Shown here: positions 54,221 through 64,000 of the stretch, piece after piece | Numbering within the stretch: position 1 is the first letter of the stretch | Layout of the letters: each line of letters opens with the position of its first letter | Assembly (NCBI GenBank): GCA_965153285.1 | Contig: OZ229119.1 | Source of the DNA: Podarcis tiliguerta | Taxonomy: Eukaryota | DNA length: 64,000 bases | Reading direction: 5' to 3' (one strand) | Position numbers and translations under genes: made by a program | The notes under the pieces: model-generated | What the model saw: only the letters and a program-made list of their open reading frames with translations | Told to the model about the DNA's origin: nothing | The model's database searches: none

Positions 54221-54525
54221 GGGCTGCATTCACACGTCCCTTTCCCCTAACTGTTAAGTTCTGCGTTATATTTGAGCTTTCCCGCTATGTAAAAGCCACT
54301 TCTGGAACTATAGTGGAACACAATGCGACTTTAGCGCTCGTTTCCGTGTTATTTGCTTCCAGGGTCAAAACGCGTTTTCAAATAAAATGGAAATGAGCGC
54401 TAAACTAGCGCTACATTCCACTACTGCTCTGGAAGTGGCTTTCACCTCGTGTGAGAGCTCAACTATAATGCGGAACTTAATGAGGAAATGTCCTGAAAAT
54501 GGAATAATGTGCCACGTGAGTGCAG
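54221..54525. mobile_element. Fold-back palindromic MITE-like element
   Basis: About 100-bp inverted arms at 54254-54355 and 54379-54480; ctgcattcac / gtgagtgcag outer termini. Confidence 0.75.
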
Positions 54526-54712
54526 AATGTTGAACTAGGACCTGGGAAGACCGGAGTTCAAATCCCCACTCAGCTACGAAACTCAGTGGGTGACTTTGGG
54601 CCAGTCACTCAACCTACCTCATAGGATTGTTCTGAGGATAAACTGGGGAGGCGGAAAACTATGTACGCCGCCTTGAGCTCCTTGGAGGAAAGGCGCGCTA
54701 TAAATGTAAAAC
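54526..54712 (+). mobile_element. MIR/Ther1-like (Squam3-type) CORE SINE
   Basis: gagttcaaatcccc B box, ggtgactttgggccagtcact CORE, gaaaggcgcgctataaat tail. Confidence 0.8.
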
Positions 54713-56852
54713 TAAAACAAAACTCACGAGTTAAGCCCCATTACTTTAATGGATCTTACTCCCAGAAAAGTAGGCATATGAATGCAGTCTTATGCTGATA
54801 CTGATTCGCTTGCTTAATCCTCCAGTTCTTATCCATCGACTCCTTCGTGTGGATGTGTGAGAGACACAGGGTTCACTGTATGGATGAACTACGGGACCCG
54901 ATTATGCAGCAGTCTTAACGCCACCCTAAGCAGTGTCTTAGAAACGCAGCCAGGCAGTCTAATGGACACGTCAAGGACTAATCCCACTGAGACCTGGTTG
55001 TCACTGTACTACTGGTTTGTGGCTGGCATGCTCCACAACAGACCGCAGGTAGGGGCTTACACGTCTGAAAGACCATTCATTGCATACATTTTTTAATGAA
55101 ATAAAATAAATTCCTCCACACTTGGGGTGGAAGGGTGGACTACATCTCTAGGGAAAGTCTATGTTAGAGCCCTGTTTTTGGTCATGATATTAGGTGGAGA
55201 GATTTCACCCCACACACATACCCTGCCGCCCCCAAGCATTGTTCAGTGGGACAGTCCAGAAACATGTTTGCCGCAGTGGTACTTCGCTTTACAGGAAGTT
55301 TGCCAGAGGCCGCAATCCATGCTGATGCGGAAGTCAGTCCCATTCAACTGGCACCGAAGTAAACCTGGTTAAGAACACATCAGATATACCGCTTGCCCCT
55401 TTTAGCATCTTTCTTGCACAGTTTCTTGGATTTCAGCAGGATCTGGATGGAAGAGGTCGCCAGGCTGAGTCCCATTCCCTTGGGGCCTCTTCTCAATTCG
55501 CTTATAAAATGGGGGGGGGGGGTGTCTTGAAAAAGGCTCACGTCGCTTTCCTAGCAACAAGAACAATCTCTGTGCGCTCTGAAGCAGAAGAAGCCCAGAG
55601 GCTTTTGCTGGTACCTCGAAGGCAGCCTGTAAAGTCAAGCATTCATGGCGCTTCCCAGACAAAATGAGCAATAGCTACCCGACTGTCCACGTGAAAACGT
55701 CAGTATTTAAACGAAGGGTTTGACAAATATGTTCGACTCGGCGGAAAGCGAAAGGAGGCACGCTTGCTCAAATATTATGAGCAGACCTGGTGACCGCAAA
55801 GTCCCTTTTCAGCATTCACCTCGACGCTTAGGGTGTATTTTCAAAGGGCAGGCTCCCCTTCAAGAGGGCGGAGGGAAAGAGAGAGAGCCAAGAATAGGCA
55901 CGAAACCGACGGCTTGAAACTGACCAGGATCCCTCCGCTGGAACACACGCGCCCCACGCCGCAGGTACAGAAGCCCACCCCAAGCGCACCATGGCGCGCA
56001 CGCCCGGCAGAACTGCGCCAGACGCTTTTAGCAACAGGAATATCACTTTCCCCTTAGCCTGAGACTGGTTTACTCGCGAGTCGGGGCACTTAGGCTCGCA
56101 GCCAACAGACCTGCCCCTACTACATTGCATCATTTTCTTAAAACCAAAGGTTAGGCGGTTTATGTGTGTGTGAAAGAGCAAATATTTCTCTCATTTTTAG
56201 CAAGAATTTCAACTCAATAAAGTTCTCTCTTTCTTTCTCTCTCCCCTTCCCCCTCTTCCCCTCTTTCTCTCTCTCCCGTTTGCCTTTCTCTTCCTGTAGA
56301 ACCTTAGCATAAGTTGGACGATCGTTGTACCTTAATCCTAAACATGATAGAAAAACTAGGCAAAAAAAACACCCTTTCGCAGCACGACCTTCCGTCTGGT
56401 TGACAGTGAACTTCGCTGCACACAGCATATCGAAGCACTTAAACTCAAAGGCAACTTCTTTGGGTGTCTCCCAATATTGTTACCCATTGTAACAATATTT
56501 GAGAGAAGGATGTTAAAACTGAGCTTTTAAAAATCAGTGCTGTTTGGGGCAATCCTATGAGCAGTTTGCAACTCCTATTTAGCCTTGACCAGTGTTCAGT
56601 ATTCATGCTGTCACTCTTAGAATTTATTCCAAGGCGATTTTAATGATACTGGATATTTCAGTGGGAAAGTGAATCGTGTGCTTTTCTTCCATTGAAATGA
56701 AGAGAACTTACAAATGCTGAACTGGATGTTATCAGTCCTTGGGGTTTAGCACTGAGACTCGATCTAAGGTATTGTAGTATCAAAATTCTGGGCTCAAATC
56801 CAGCCCCATGCAGTTTCAATCGGAAGTAACTCGCACTGTTTTAGCGTTGCAG

Positions 56853-56971
56853 TCATAGAATCATAGGGAAGGGACCCTGGGGGTCATCTAGTCCAACCCC
56901 CTGCAATACAGGAATATGCAGTCCAGGGATCGAACCTTGACGTTATCAGCACCACACTCTAATCAGTTATC
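56853..56971 (-). mobile_element. Second, internally deleted copy of the tRNA(Ile)/CR1-tail SINE
   Basis: Shares gggaccctg..tcatctagtccaaccccctgcaat..ggaatatgcag..gttatcagcac with the 31593 copy. Confidence 0.78.
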
Positions 56972-57203
56972 TGTGGGTTTTACTTTGGAGAGACGTAACA
57001 CCTGAATAGGATCAGGCTGCTCAGCACCATCAGACCTAGCAAATGAGCTTCAGTGTGCTCAAAATGGGATGCATAGCGTCAAAGAGAAGAGGAACCGGAC
57101 ATGGAAAGGGCAAATGGGTCGGGGGAGGATGACCTACAAACTAAGCGCGGTTGGCTCAACCAATCCTGCGCCACGTTTGAATAGATCGGCCTTTGAGAGA
57201 ATG

Positions 57204-57320
57204 GGTTGTATCCAACTATGCTAAACTCAGAGTAGACCTATTGAAACCAAAGGGTCTAAATTAGTCCGTCCGTTAATTTCAGTGGGTCTACTCTGAGTAG
57301 GACGAACATTAGACAGGACC
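57204..57320. repeat. Short palindromic squamate repeat; relatives at about 15790-15870 and 43870-43965
   Basis: actcagagtagacc..ttgaaa / tttcagtgggtctactctgagt inverted arms. Confidence 0.7.
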
Positions 57321-57798
57321 AGGTGGGAAGCCCCAGGGCTATGATTCCTCTAGGAAATATTCCTTCAGCCATCATGGAGCAGCTTAGGATGGGTCCAGAG
57401 TCCAGTGGAGCTAGAATCCAACTCCACTCCGAGGTAAGTTTCTATTCAGGAAGCTGTTTCTTCCCAGCACCCGTCCCACTGTTTCCATGCTAAAGCAGCA
57501 ATCGTGGGAACAAGCCCATTGAATTTAGTGGGATTTACTTCCGATCCCATGTGCATTTTATTGGAAGGTTAAAGAAATCCGGACTTACTTCCAAATAAGC
57601 TTGTGCGTAACGAGTTTAACCGCATGTACGATTATTTGGGAGTAAGACAAACTGAAGGCAAGGCTTTCTTGGAGTAAACCTGCATAGGCTGTATGGCGTC
57701 CATATGCATACTTACTGAAGAGTAATTCCCATTGCACTCCGGGGAACTTTATTTTGGCTAAACTCCTGCTGCATAAAGGGAGATTGTGCCCTTAGCGC

Positions 57799-57819
57799 TT
57801 TTTTTTTTTTTTTTTTTTT
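57799..57819. repeat. poly(T) tract
   Basis: Read directly. Confidence 0.95.
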
Positions 57820-57915
57820 GGTACCACGTGTAGATGCAGGATATATCAAATCGGGGGCGGCCACTCTAATCGCGTTCGTTGCAGAGTCCAAAGCAGGGCC
57901 CCCGATGATGTTGAC

Positions 57916-58050
57916 CAGGCATAGGCAAACTCGCCCTCCGGATGTTTTGGGACTACAATTCCCACCATCCCTAGCTAACAGGACCAGTGGTCAGGGATGA
58001 TGGGAGTTGTAGTCCCAAAACATCTGGAGGACCGAGTTTGCCTATTCCTG
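57916..58050. mobile_element. Palindromic hAT-type MITE related to the 14357 copy
   Basis: TIRs CAGGCATAGGCAAACTCG / CGAGTTTGCCTATTCCTG, 8-bp TSD ATGTTGAC. Confidence 0.9.
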
Positions 58051-58509
58051 ATGTTGACGTTCAACTCCTGAGGGTTGATGGGAGTCGTAGTTCATCAGTA
58101 TCTAGAGGGCCACAGACTCCCCATCTCTGCAATGTAGACACAGGCCAGGTTGAAGCCTCAGGTGTGAAGCGGGATTGAAAGGTGAAGCCCCAAGCCCCCC
58201 CCCCCCAACTTCCAGGAAAGGGATTTTGGGGTCTCTGCCTTAGTTTGCTCTTTCCTTTTGAAAATATGCGTTCCTTCTTATGTCCGCTTCATCAAGATAA
58301 GCGCAGATCTCCCGGGGGGCAAAGATTGAATCCACACGAGGAATATTAGCTCATCTCTCTCTGTTTGGAGAGCGACCTTAGATCCTCGCGCAAATCCGCA
58401 TCCCGGGGAGGAAGTCATCAAAAAGCCGAACGTGCTTTGAAATCAACTCGGCTTTTTGCAGGAGGCGAAAGCAGGAAAGCGACCGCTGCCAGGCACACTC
58501 CCGATTTCC

Positions 58510-58800
58510 CCTCCTAATCTCTCTCCTGGACGCGACATTGACAGGTTTATGGCGCTCCGCGTTAAAGTCGGCCTCGAACCGCTTTGTGCGCCGAAAAGCG
58601 CACAGAGCGGCGCGTAATCGCCCTCGTAATCAACGGCTCGTCTAGAGAAGCCTTTGCCATGGTTTTAAAAAGAAACATTCTCTGTTTTCTAGGCATGTGT
58701 CATGAATGGCAGCTGAGCCAAGCAGCCCCTATGATTACGGCTGGGCGAGTCAGTCGAGGAAATAAAGCGATTGTTGACACCAGGCTTGAGAGCCAAGGCA
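58510..58800. promoter_or_regulatory. Candidate enhancer with MEIS-HOX composite site TGACAGGTTTATGG (58539-58552) and several TAATC/GATTA homeodomain cores
   Basis: Motif cluster in non-repetitive CpG-rich DNA about 5 kb upstream of the island core. Confidence 0.45.
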
Positions 58801-61353
58801 GGCTGGGAGCCTCAGCCACGGTCTCGTATTCCTCTCTCCAAATCTGGCACCCCCATATCACGCGCAAAGGTGCTGAGAGGCAGCCTTCGTTTTCTCTGGC
58901 TCAGATGCGTAAGAGCGCAATGTTGCAAAGCTGGAGACCTATAGCAGGGAGCAAGTCAAGGCGACCTGCTTGTTGCTGCTGTGTAAACAGGATCGGGGTG
59001 CACGTGGTCCAGCTTGGGCTGGGTCGTGCCTCAAATATTTAAAATCTAGCTTCCCACTGGTAACGTGGATTATCCTCACCTCAAAAGCTCAGAGGTTTTC
59101 CACGAAAATGAAAATAGTATATTAGCAGCTTAAAGAGTGCAGGGTGAAACGAATAGGCAGCTAGGTCAATTAGGATCGCAGCTGGTTTTGGGGGGAAACG
59201 CATGAAAACTCATTATTTCCTAAGAAACCACAGAATAGGTATAGGCTGGGTAGGAATTGTAGCTAACGTCGCGTATGCAACGCTTCCAAATCCAGGGGTG
59301 GCGGCAGCGCAGTGGAGGCAGAGCAAACGACTTCTCGGCTGCCAAGTTTTGCCCGCTTGTTAGGGATGCCCTCTCGGTTCCTTCCATGTCTTCGATGATC
59401 AAAGAGCTCGGGTGATAGTAGCAATCAGCTGAAAAAGCTATTAGACAAGTGACTGCAAAGTCCACCAACACCTACACAATGGAACATCCATGTACAGCCC
59501 CAGTATACCCGATTGGAGGTGGGCAATCGGGAGGGGTTCGTGCCCTTCCTGTGACCTTCGCGGCGCATCTGGAGGACTGCTGTTTGAGCCGGAGTGCTGG
59601 AGGAGGTCTCCAATCCTACACACGCTTCCCTCGGAGTAAGTCCCATTGAACCCCACTGGGAGTCTTGTTCCTGGGCGAATTGGCCACAGGCTTGGCCTGC
59701 AGGTGGACCTTCGGTCTGGCCTTGCAGCGGACAGTTTCACCTTTTCTTCATTTGACACTCTCATCTTTTCAGACTCACAATCCGGACTCGGGCAGTAGCT
59801 GAAGACTGGAACCATGATGATAGGTCCCTTTTGACTTTATTACAGATCCGACGCACGGGGGTGGGAGGGAGAGAGACAGAAAAAGAGAAACGGTTCGTGC
59901 TGGGCAGAGGCTGTCGAGAAAAGGGCAGGAGTCTTTTGGACTGGTGAAGCAGTCCGGCCCAAGTAACGCGCTTACTCTCGGCGTCTTTTGCATGGCTGGA
60001 GAGCGTCCAAGCTTTGCTGAGCTGGCCTTCCTCATCCCGTTTCCCTCCTCCCGACCTGGGAAAGCGACCTTGGCTTGGAGACTAGACTGCAGAGGCCGAT
60101 TTCCCCCACCCGGGCAAAGGCGGAGGCTTTGATTACCCTTTCCCAGAGCTAGTCCCGTACTCTGCACCTGGACAACAGCGTAGCAGGATTAGTCCCGGGA
60201 AGTTTACTCGGCGAGCCACCTAGAAAACCTGGGTCCATGAAGGCTTGGACTTTTGCCAGGTGGGGCAAAGCCACCCGGGGAGCCTCGATCTCTTGAGATC
60301 CTTTGCAGCACTTCCAAAGACTACTCGGTGAAGTCGCATCTGGGCTCTAGGTGATTTTTTAAATTTATTTTTTGGTCGTTTGTTGTTGTAGTAAATTAAC
60401 AAAAAGGAGGCATCGTGAAATTGGCCATCCTGAAAAGGAGCTTTGTTAGGGAACCGTGACATTTCAGGATCTTGGCCCAGAGGGAGAATGTTGTGCTCGC
60501 CTCCCAAGAGGCTGCGAGGAGCTCCCACATTCCTCCAACGCGACTCGGACCAATGAGGAGCGCCGCCCTGGCTCTGCTGGCGGAGATCCTAAACCGCTGG
60601 CTTGGGAACAAGCTCCAAGCTGATTTCAATGGAATTTATTTCCAAGTCCGTGTTGTTATTTCCGATCGGGGTGTTCCTGTTGCATATCCAAGACAGGAAC
60701 ACTTCATGCCCATTAGCTATCCCGTAACACGTTTTAAGCAGCCGTCCATGCTCGCAACTACTGGGTTTTTCTAGACGTCGCCAATGCGTGGCAAAGGGGC
60801 GGGATGCGGATTCCAATCCGCCTTAAGGGCTTTGGCTACGGAGCCTCACAGTGCTATTTACGCACAACAAATTAACACCCGAAATAAACCTCTGTGTTTG
60901 CAATCAACGTCTTCCAGGAATTAGATTTGTGCCTAGAAATTCTAGAAAATAAGGCAGTCGGACGCGCCACTAATATGCCCCCAAACACAAACAATTATTG
61001 CCAGTGGGATTTATATCTTACTAAAAAGTTTTCAAGGCCGAAGTACGCGGACTAACTGAAGTGAGGCTGAACTCACTTACTTGGAAGTAAGATCTTTTCA
61101 AAGCAGCTGAGCTTACTTAAAAGTAAACCTGCGCATGGTTAGATATATGCCCACTGAAGTCGAGGGTAGAGACTCTTTTTAAATCCCTGGAGATTTAACA
61201 GTTTAACTGTGCTATGGAAGAAATCGGGAAAAGTGGATCGCAGCGGCCTTTGCCGTTTTTGGCAACGGGATCATGCGCCTCTTTACTCGTTTGAGTTTAG
61301 GATCAAAACAAGGGTTATTCTGGCAAAGCAGACAGACAAATCCAGTTAGATGC

Positions 61354-61356
<3 letters not shown>

Positions 61357-61397
<41 letters not shown>
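61357..61397. repeat. (TA)n microsatellite
   Basis: Read directly. Confidence 0.95.
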
Positions 61398-61400
<3 letters not shown>

Positions 61401-62716
61401 CCGATGAACAAATCAATAAATGCGTCCAAATATATTTTATACCACCAACAAAATTTAATAACTTACAATTCATTGGAATTTAGTATTTCAGGAAGTACTT
61501 TTTCTCACCAAGCGAACTTGATCACGTTTCCTCAGAGACACCCCTCCCCCCCCGCCACTGGGTTCAATAAGCAAATGTATTTAAGGTTGCAGCCTAAATT
61601 ATCCTCTCCGTACATTTCACGACCACAGGTTCATACACAACCCAGTTCAGTCAGTTTTGAACTCTAAACATCCAAATATTTCGGCTTAATCCATGAAAGT
61701 CCCGTTTGTTCCTCAGGCCTCCTTGCCCTTGTTCCCAAAATGTCCTTTGGGTTTGAAGAATCCTGTATTGTTTGAATAGCAGGGTTTTTTTTGTTTTTTG
61801 TTTGTTTTGTTGTTTAAATCCATTTTAATATTGTAATAAAAGGAGCAAGCTCTGTGGTGGAACCTAAACAAGCGGAGAAGGTGCTAACCCACCTGAAACT
61901 GGTGACACAACCAACGTGCTGTTTAATTGTAGGAGCGTTTTTGTCATTGTTTGGACAAGTCGATCAAGTTCAACGGCAGATTGGCTGCTGACTTCCACGT
62001 CTAATTCGCTGGTTTATTTCGGGACCCGTTTGGAAAAGGAGCATTTAAAAATATCCACCCGTCTTCCTTGGTCAGGCTCAGTCCCTTCTCCGCGGATAAT
62101 CGCAGGCTTACGTTCTAGCAAACCACCGGTAACGAGAAATGCGCTCTTTCCCCGGAGTTCGCCTTCAATGAAACAAGAAAAGAGGATAGCTGTACGCGCG
62201 CATTTTCAGTTCCATAAATACTCGCGCCACCCTGAAAAGGCAAGGCAATAAAATCAGTTCCTTGTCTGTAAGGAATAAGTCGAGGGGAAGGAGATGCTAA
62301 GCAGGCAGGGCCAAAATTATAGCCAGGATGCTAACCTCGCTGCTCAAGAAAAGAGTCGTTGAAAAAGAAAAGGGAGGAGGGCGCCGGCTGGGAACGCATT
62401 TTAGGAAATTGACACCAAAGAGTGCCTGGGAAAGGCACCTTGTCAGCTTCATACAAAGCATAGCCACAGAACACCCTAACAGCTAGAAACTATAGACTTT
62501 TCTTTAAAGCTGCAAGCTTGCAAGGAATTGCTCCTAAAGGCAGGAGAATGTTCTCAGATAGCGAGGCTGCACGAATATGGAGGAGGGGCGCTTAACGGTT
62601 GACTTAAAAAACCGGTATGATCCTCCCCATATGTTCTGCTCTGATCAAGAGGACTTGCCCTTGAAAGTACAGTTAACTTTTCAACTATATCTGGTGGTGG
62701 GAGGAAATTCGGTGCA

Positions 62717-62740
62717 ATAATAATAATAATAATAATAATA
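62717..62740. repeat. (AAT)n microsatellite
   Basis: Read directly. Confidence 0.9.
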
Positions 62741-62879
62741 TCGAGAGCTACGTTGCTGATCAGACGATTCTTCCTGGGAAGCTCAGCTGTTGAGAAGAGG
62801 GCTCGTAGGGAGCATATGCTACAGAGAGAGGCAGTGACTTCCTTCTGACAACAACAACTTTTGCTCACCTGGAAAAGAG

Positions 62880-64000
62880 GTCCCTATGGGACGCAAGCCC
62901 CCTACGGTGCCCCCTAGGCTGCCAGGCTGCCTTGCCCTCCCTCTCTCCTCCTTGCTTCCTGTTCCGTTTCCCTCTCACGCGCAGTGCGGATCTTTCGCTC
63001 TTTCTTTCAAGCAACCTTTTCTCGAGCCCGTTTGTCCCCTGCAGGAGTCCTCCGCCTTCCCTTCTCCACTTGCCCCCCCGCTCCCCCGGCGCGAGGGTCG
63101 TTTCTTTTCCCTCAGAGCATTAGCTCCGTCGATGGCCATCTTCAAGGGCGCCTAATTGTGGCGGACCGGCGAGCTGAAGGGCTGACGATGCAGCGCAGCA
63201 GCTGCGCTTTTCAGCGCACTCAGATCCGCGCCCCGAGCCCTCCGCCGGCCTCCGGAGCAGGGGAGGCCGTTTGCCCGGGAAGTCTCAGGGGACTGTCTCT
63301 CTCCCCTCGCGCACACGCTCCCCCTGGCCAAGAGCCGTCTTGCGATCGAGCCGACACCCTCTCGCAGCCGGTTCAGGGACGGCACCATCTCGCGAAACAC
63401 AGCGAGACATCTGCAGCCCGGCCCGTATAAAAAAAGAAAAAAAGCGCGCGGGGTTGGGTGGGTGTCTGGCTGGTTGCCTGTCGTAGCCGCGGGAATCCGT
63501 CCTGAAAAAAGAAGCTTTTCAGAGCGATCTCACCTCCGGCTTCCTCTTGGAAAAGGAAGCGGCCCCGGCTCGCCTCTCTTTGCAAGAGATCTTCTGATCC
63601 CGCTTTGCGCATCTCCAGGCTGCGAGAAATGGACATCAGTGGCCTCCGCTTGCCTGCTGGGACCCTTTGGGGACACAGATGGAGCAAAGCCAGAGAAAAA
63701 AGAAAATAAATGTGGGGTGGGGTTTTTTTGGAAGGTGGGGGGCAAGCAGCTTAGGTCCCGGGCTGATCCGTCCACCCCAATACAGCCAGAGGGTATTTCC
63801 CCCCTTTCCTTCGTAGCTCCCCCTCTCCCTGGTGTAGAGGATCTTGTTTCTGCGCTGCAAAGTCTCCCTCCCCGGCTGTACACCCGCGCGGCCCGATCTT
63901 ATCAAGAGCCGAGGCCTATAAATCAGGGGAGCTCGTCTGGCGATGGTGGGGGCGCTTTCCAGCATCAGATCCAGGGCGAAGCACAAACTGGGAACGATAG
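62880..64000. promoter_or_regulatory. CpG island, probable promoter or upstream region of ALX1
   Basis: Very GC- and CpG-rich. ALX1 follows LRRIQ1 on the same strand in amniotes. ALX1 start (MEFLSEKF) is not in the window. Confidence 0.7.
63898..63923 (+). promoter_or_regulatory. Core promoter candidate: CTTATC (GATA), GCCGAGGC (AP-2-like), TATAAAT box at 63917-63923
   Basis: Motifs read directly inside the CpG island. Confidence 0.45.

Noticed and set aside
58584-59042. 152-aa ORF, the longest in the track
   Set aside because: Non-ATG start, no recognisable domain, overlaps regulatory-like and repeat DNA.
62886-63986. Several 80-150 aa ORFs on both strands in the CpG island
   Set aside because: Expected from stop-codon scarcity in GC-rich DNA; no ALX1 N-terminus, homeodomain or other recognisable domain.
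1-64000. CRISPR arrays, operons or other prokaryotic systems
   Set aside because: The sequence is clearly vertebrate (spliceosomal introns, SINEs, LINEs); no regularly spaced repeat-spacer array was seen.

Overview
Vertebrate DNA from a squamate, most likely a lacertid lizard, judged from Sauria/Squam1 SINEs, BovB, CR1, L2, Penelope and lizard MITEs. The + strand carries the last seven coding exons of LRRIQ1 (2563-37148). All have GT-AG boundaries and consistent phases, and they splice to ...YNEPTG...SEKEEKISEEWGFKDISTAQLMLKRAHKMKAKKSNKLDPAVRLALFKNNENK...GYFEGKEE...ERNKERTYQWLHTQV...CKHFLPEIDPEVIKGGRVQHVTSPVRREDTDLELVSMTSGS...HRHSAGPSSKLYFPFNNQLDKA*. From about 49 kb the sequence switches from CpG-depleted to CpG-rich, and it ends in a CpG island with a TATA box near 63.9 kb. 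By conserved LRRIQ1-ALX1 synteny this is probably the upstream regulatory domain of ALX1; no ALX1 coding sequence lies in the window. Nearly all ORFs in the supplied track are spurious or repeat-derived. No convincing novel multi-gene system was found. The best leads are alternative LRRIQ1 3' splicing, a ~15 kb methylation-valley signature, a MEIS/HOX-motif enhancer candidate, and fold-back templated insertions at retroelement 5' junctions. Gene and repeat identities come from recalled sequence, not database searches.
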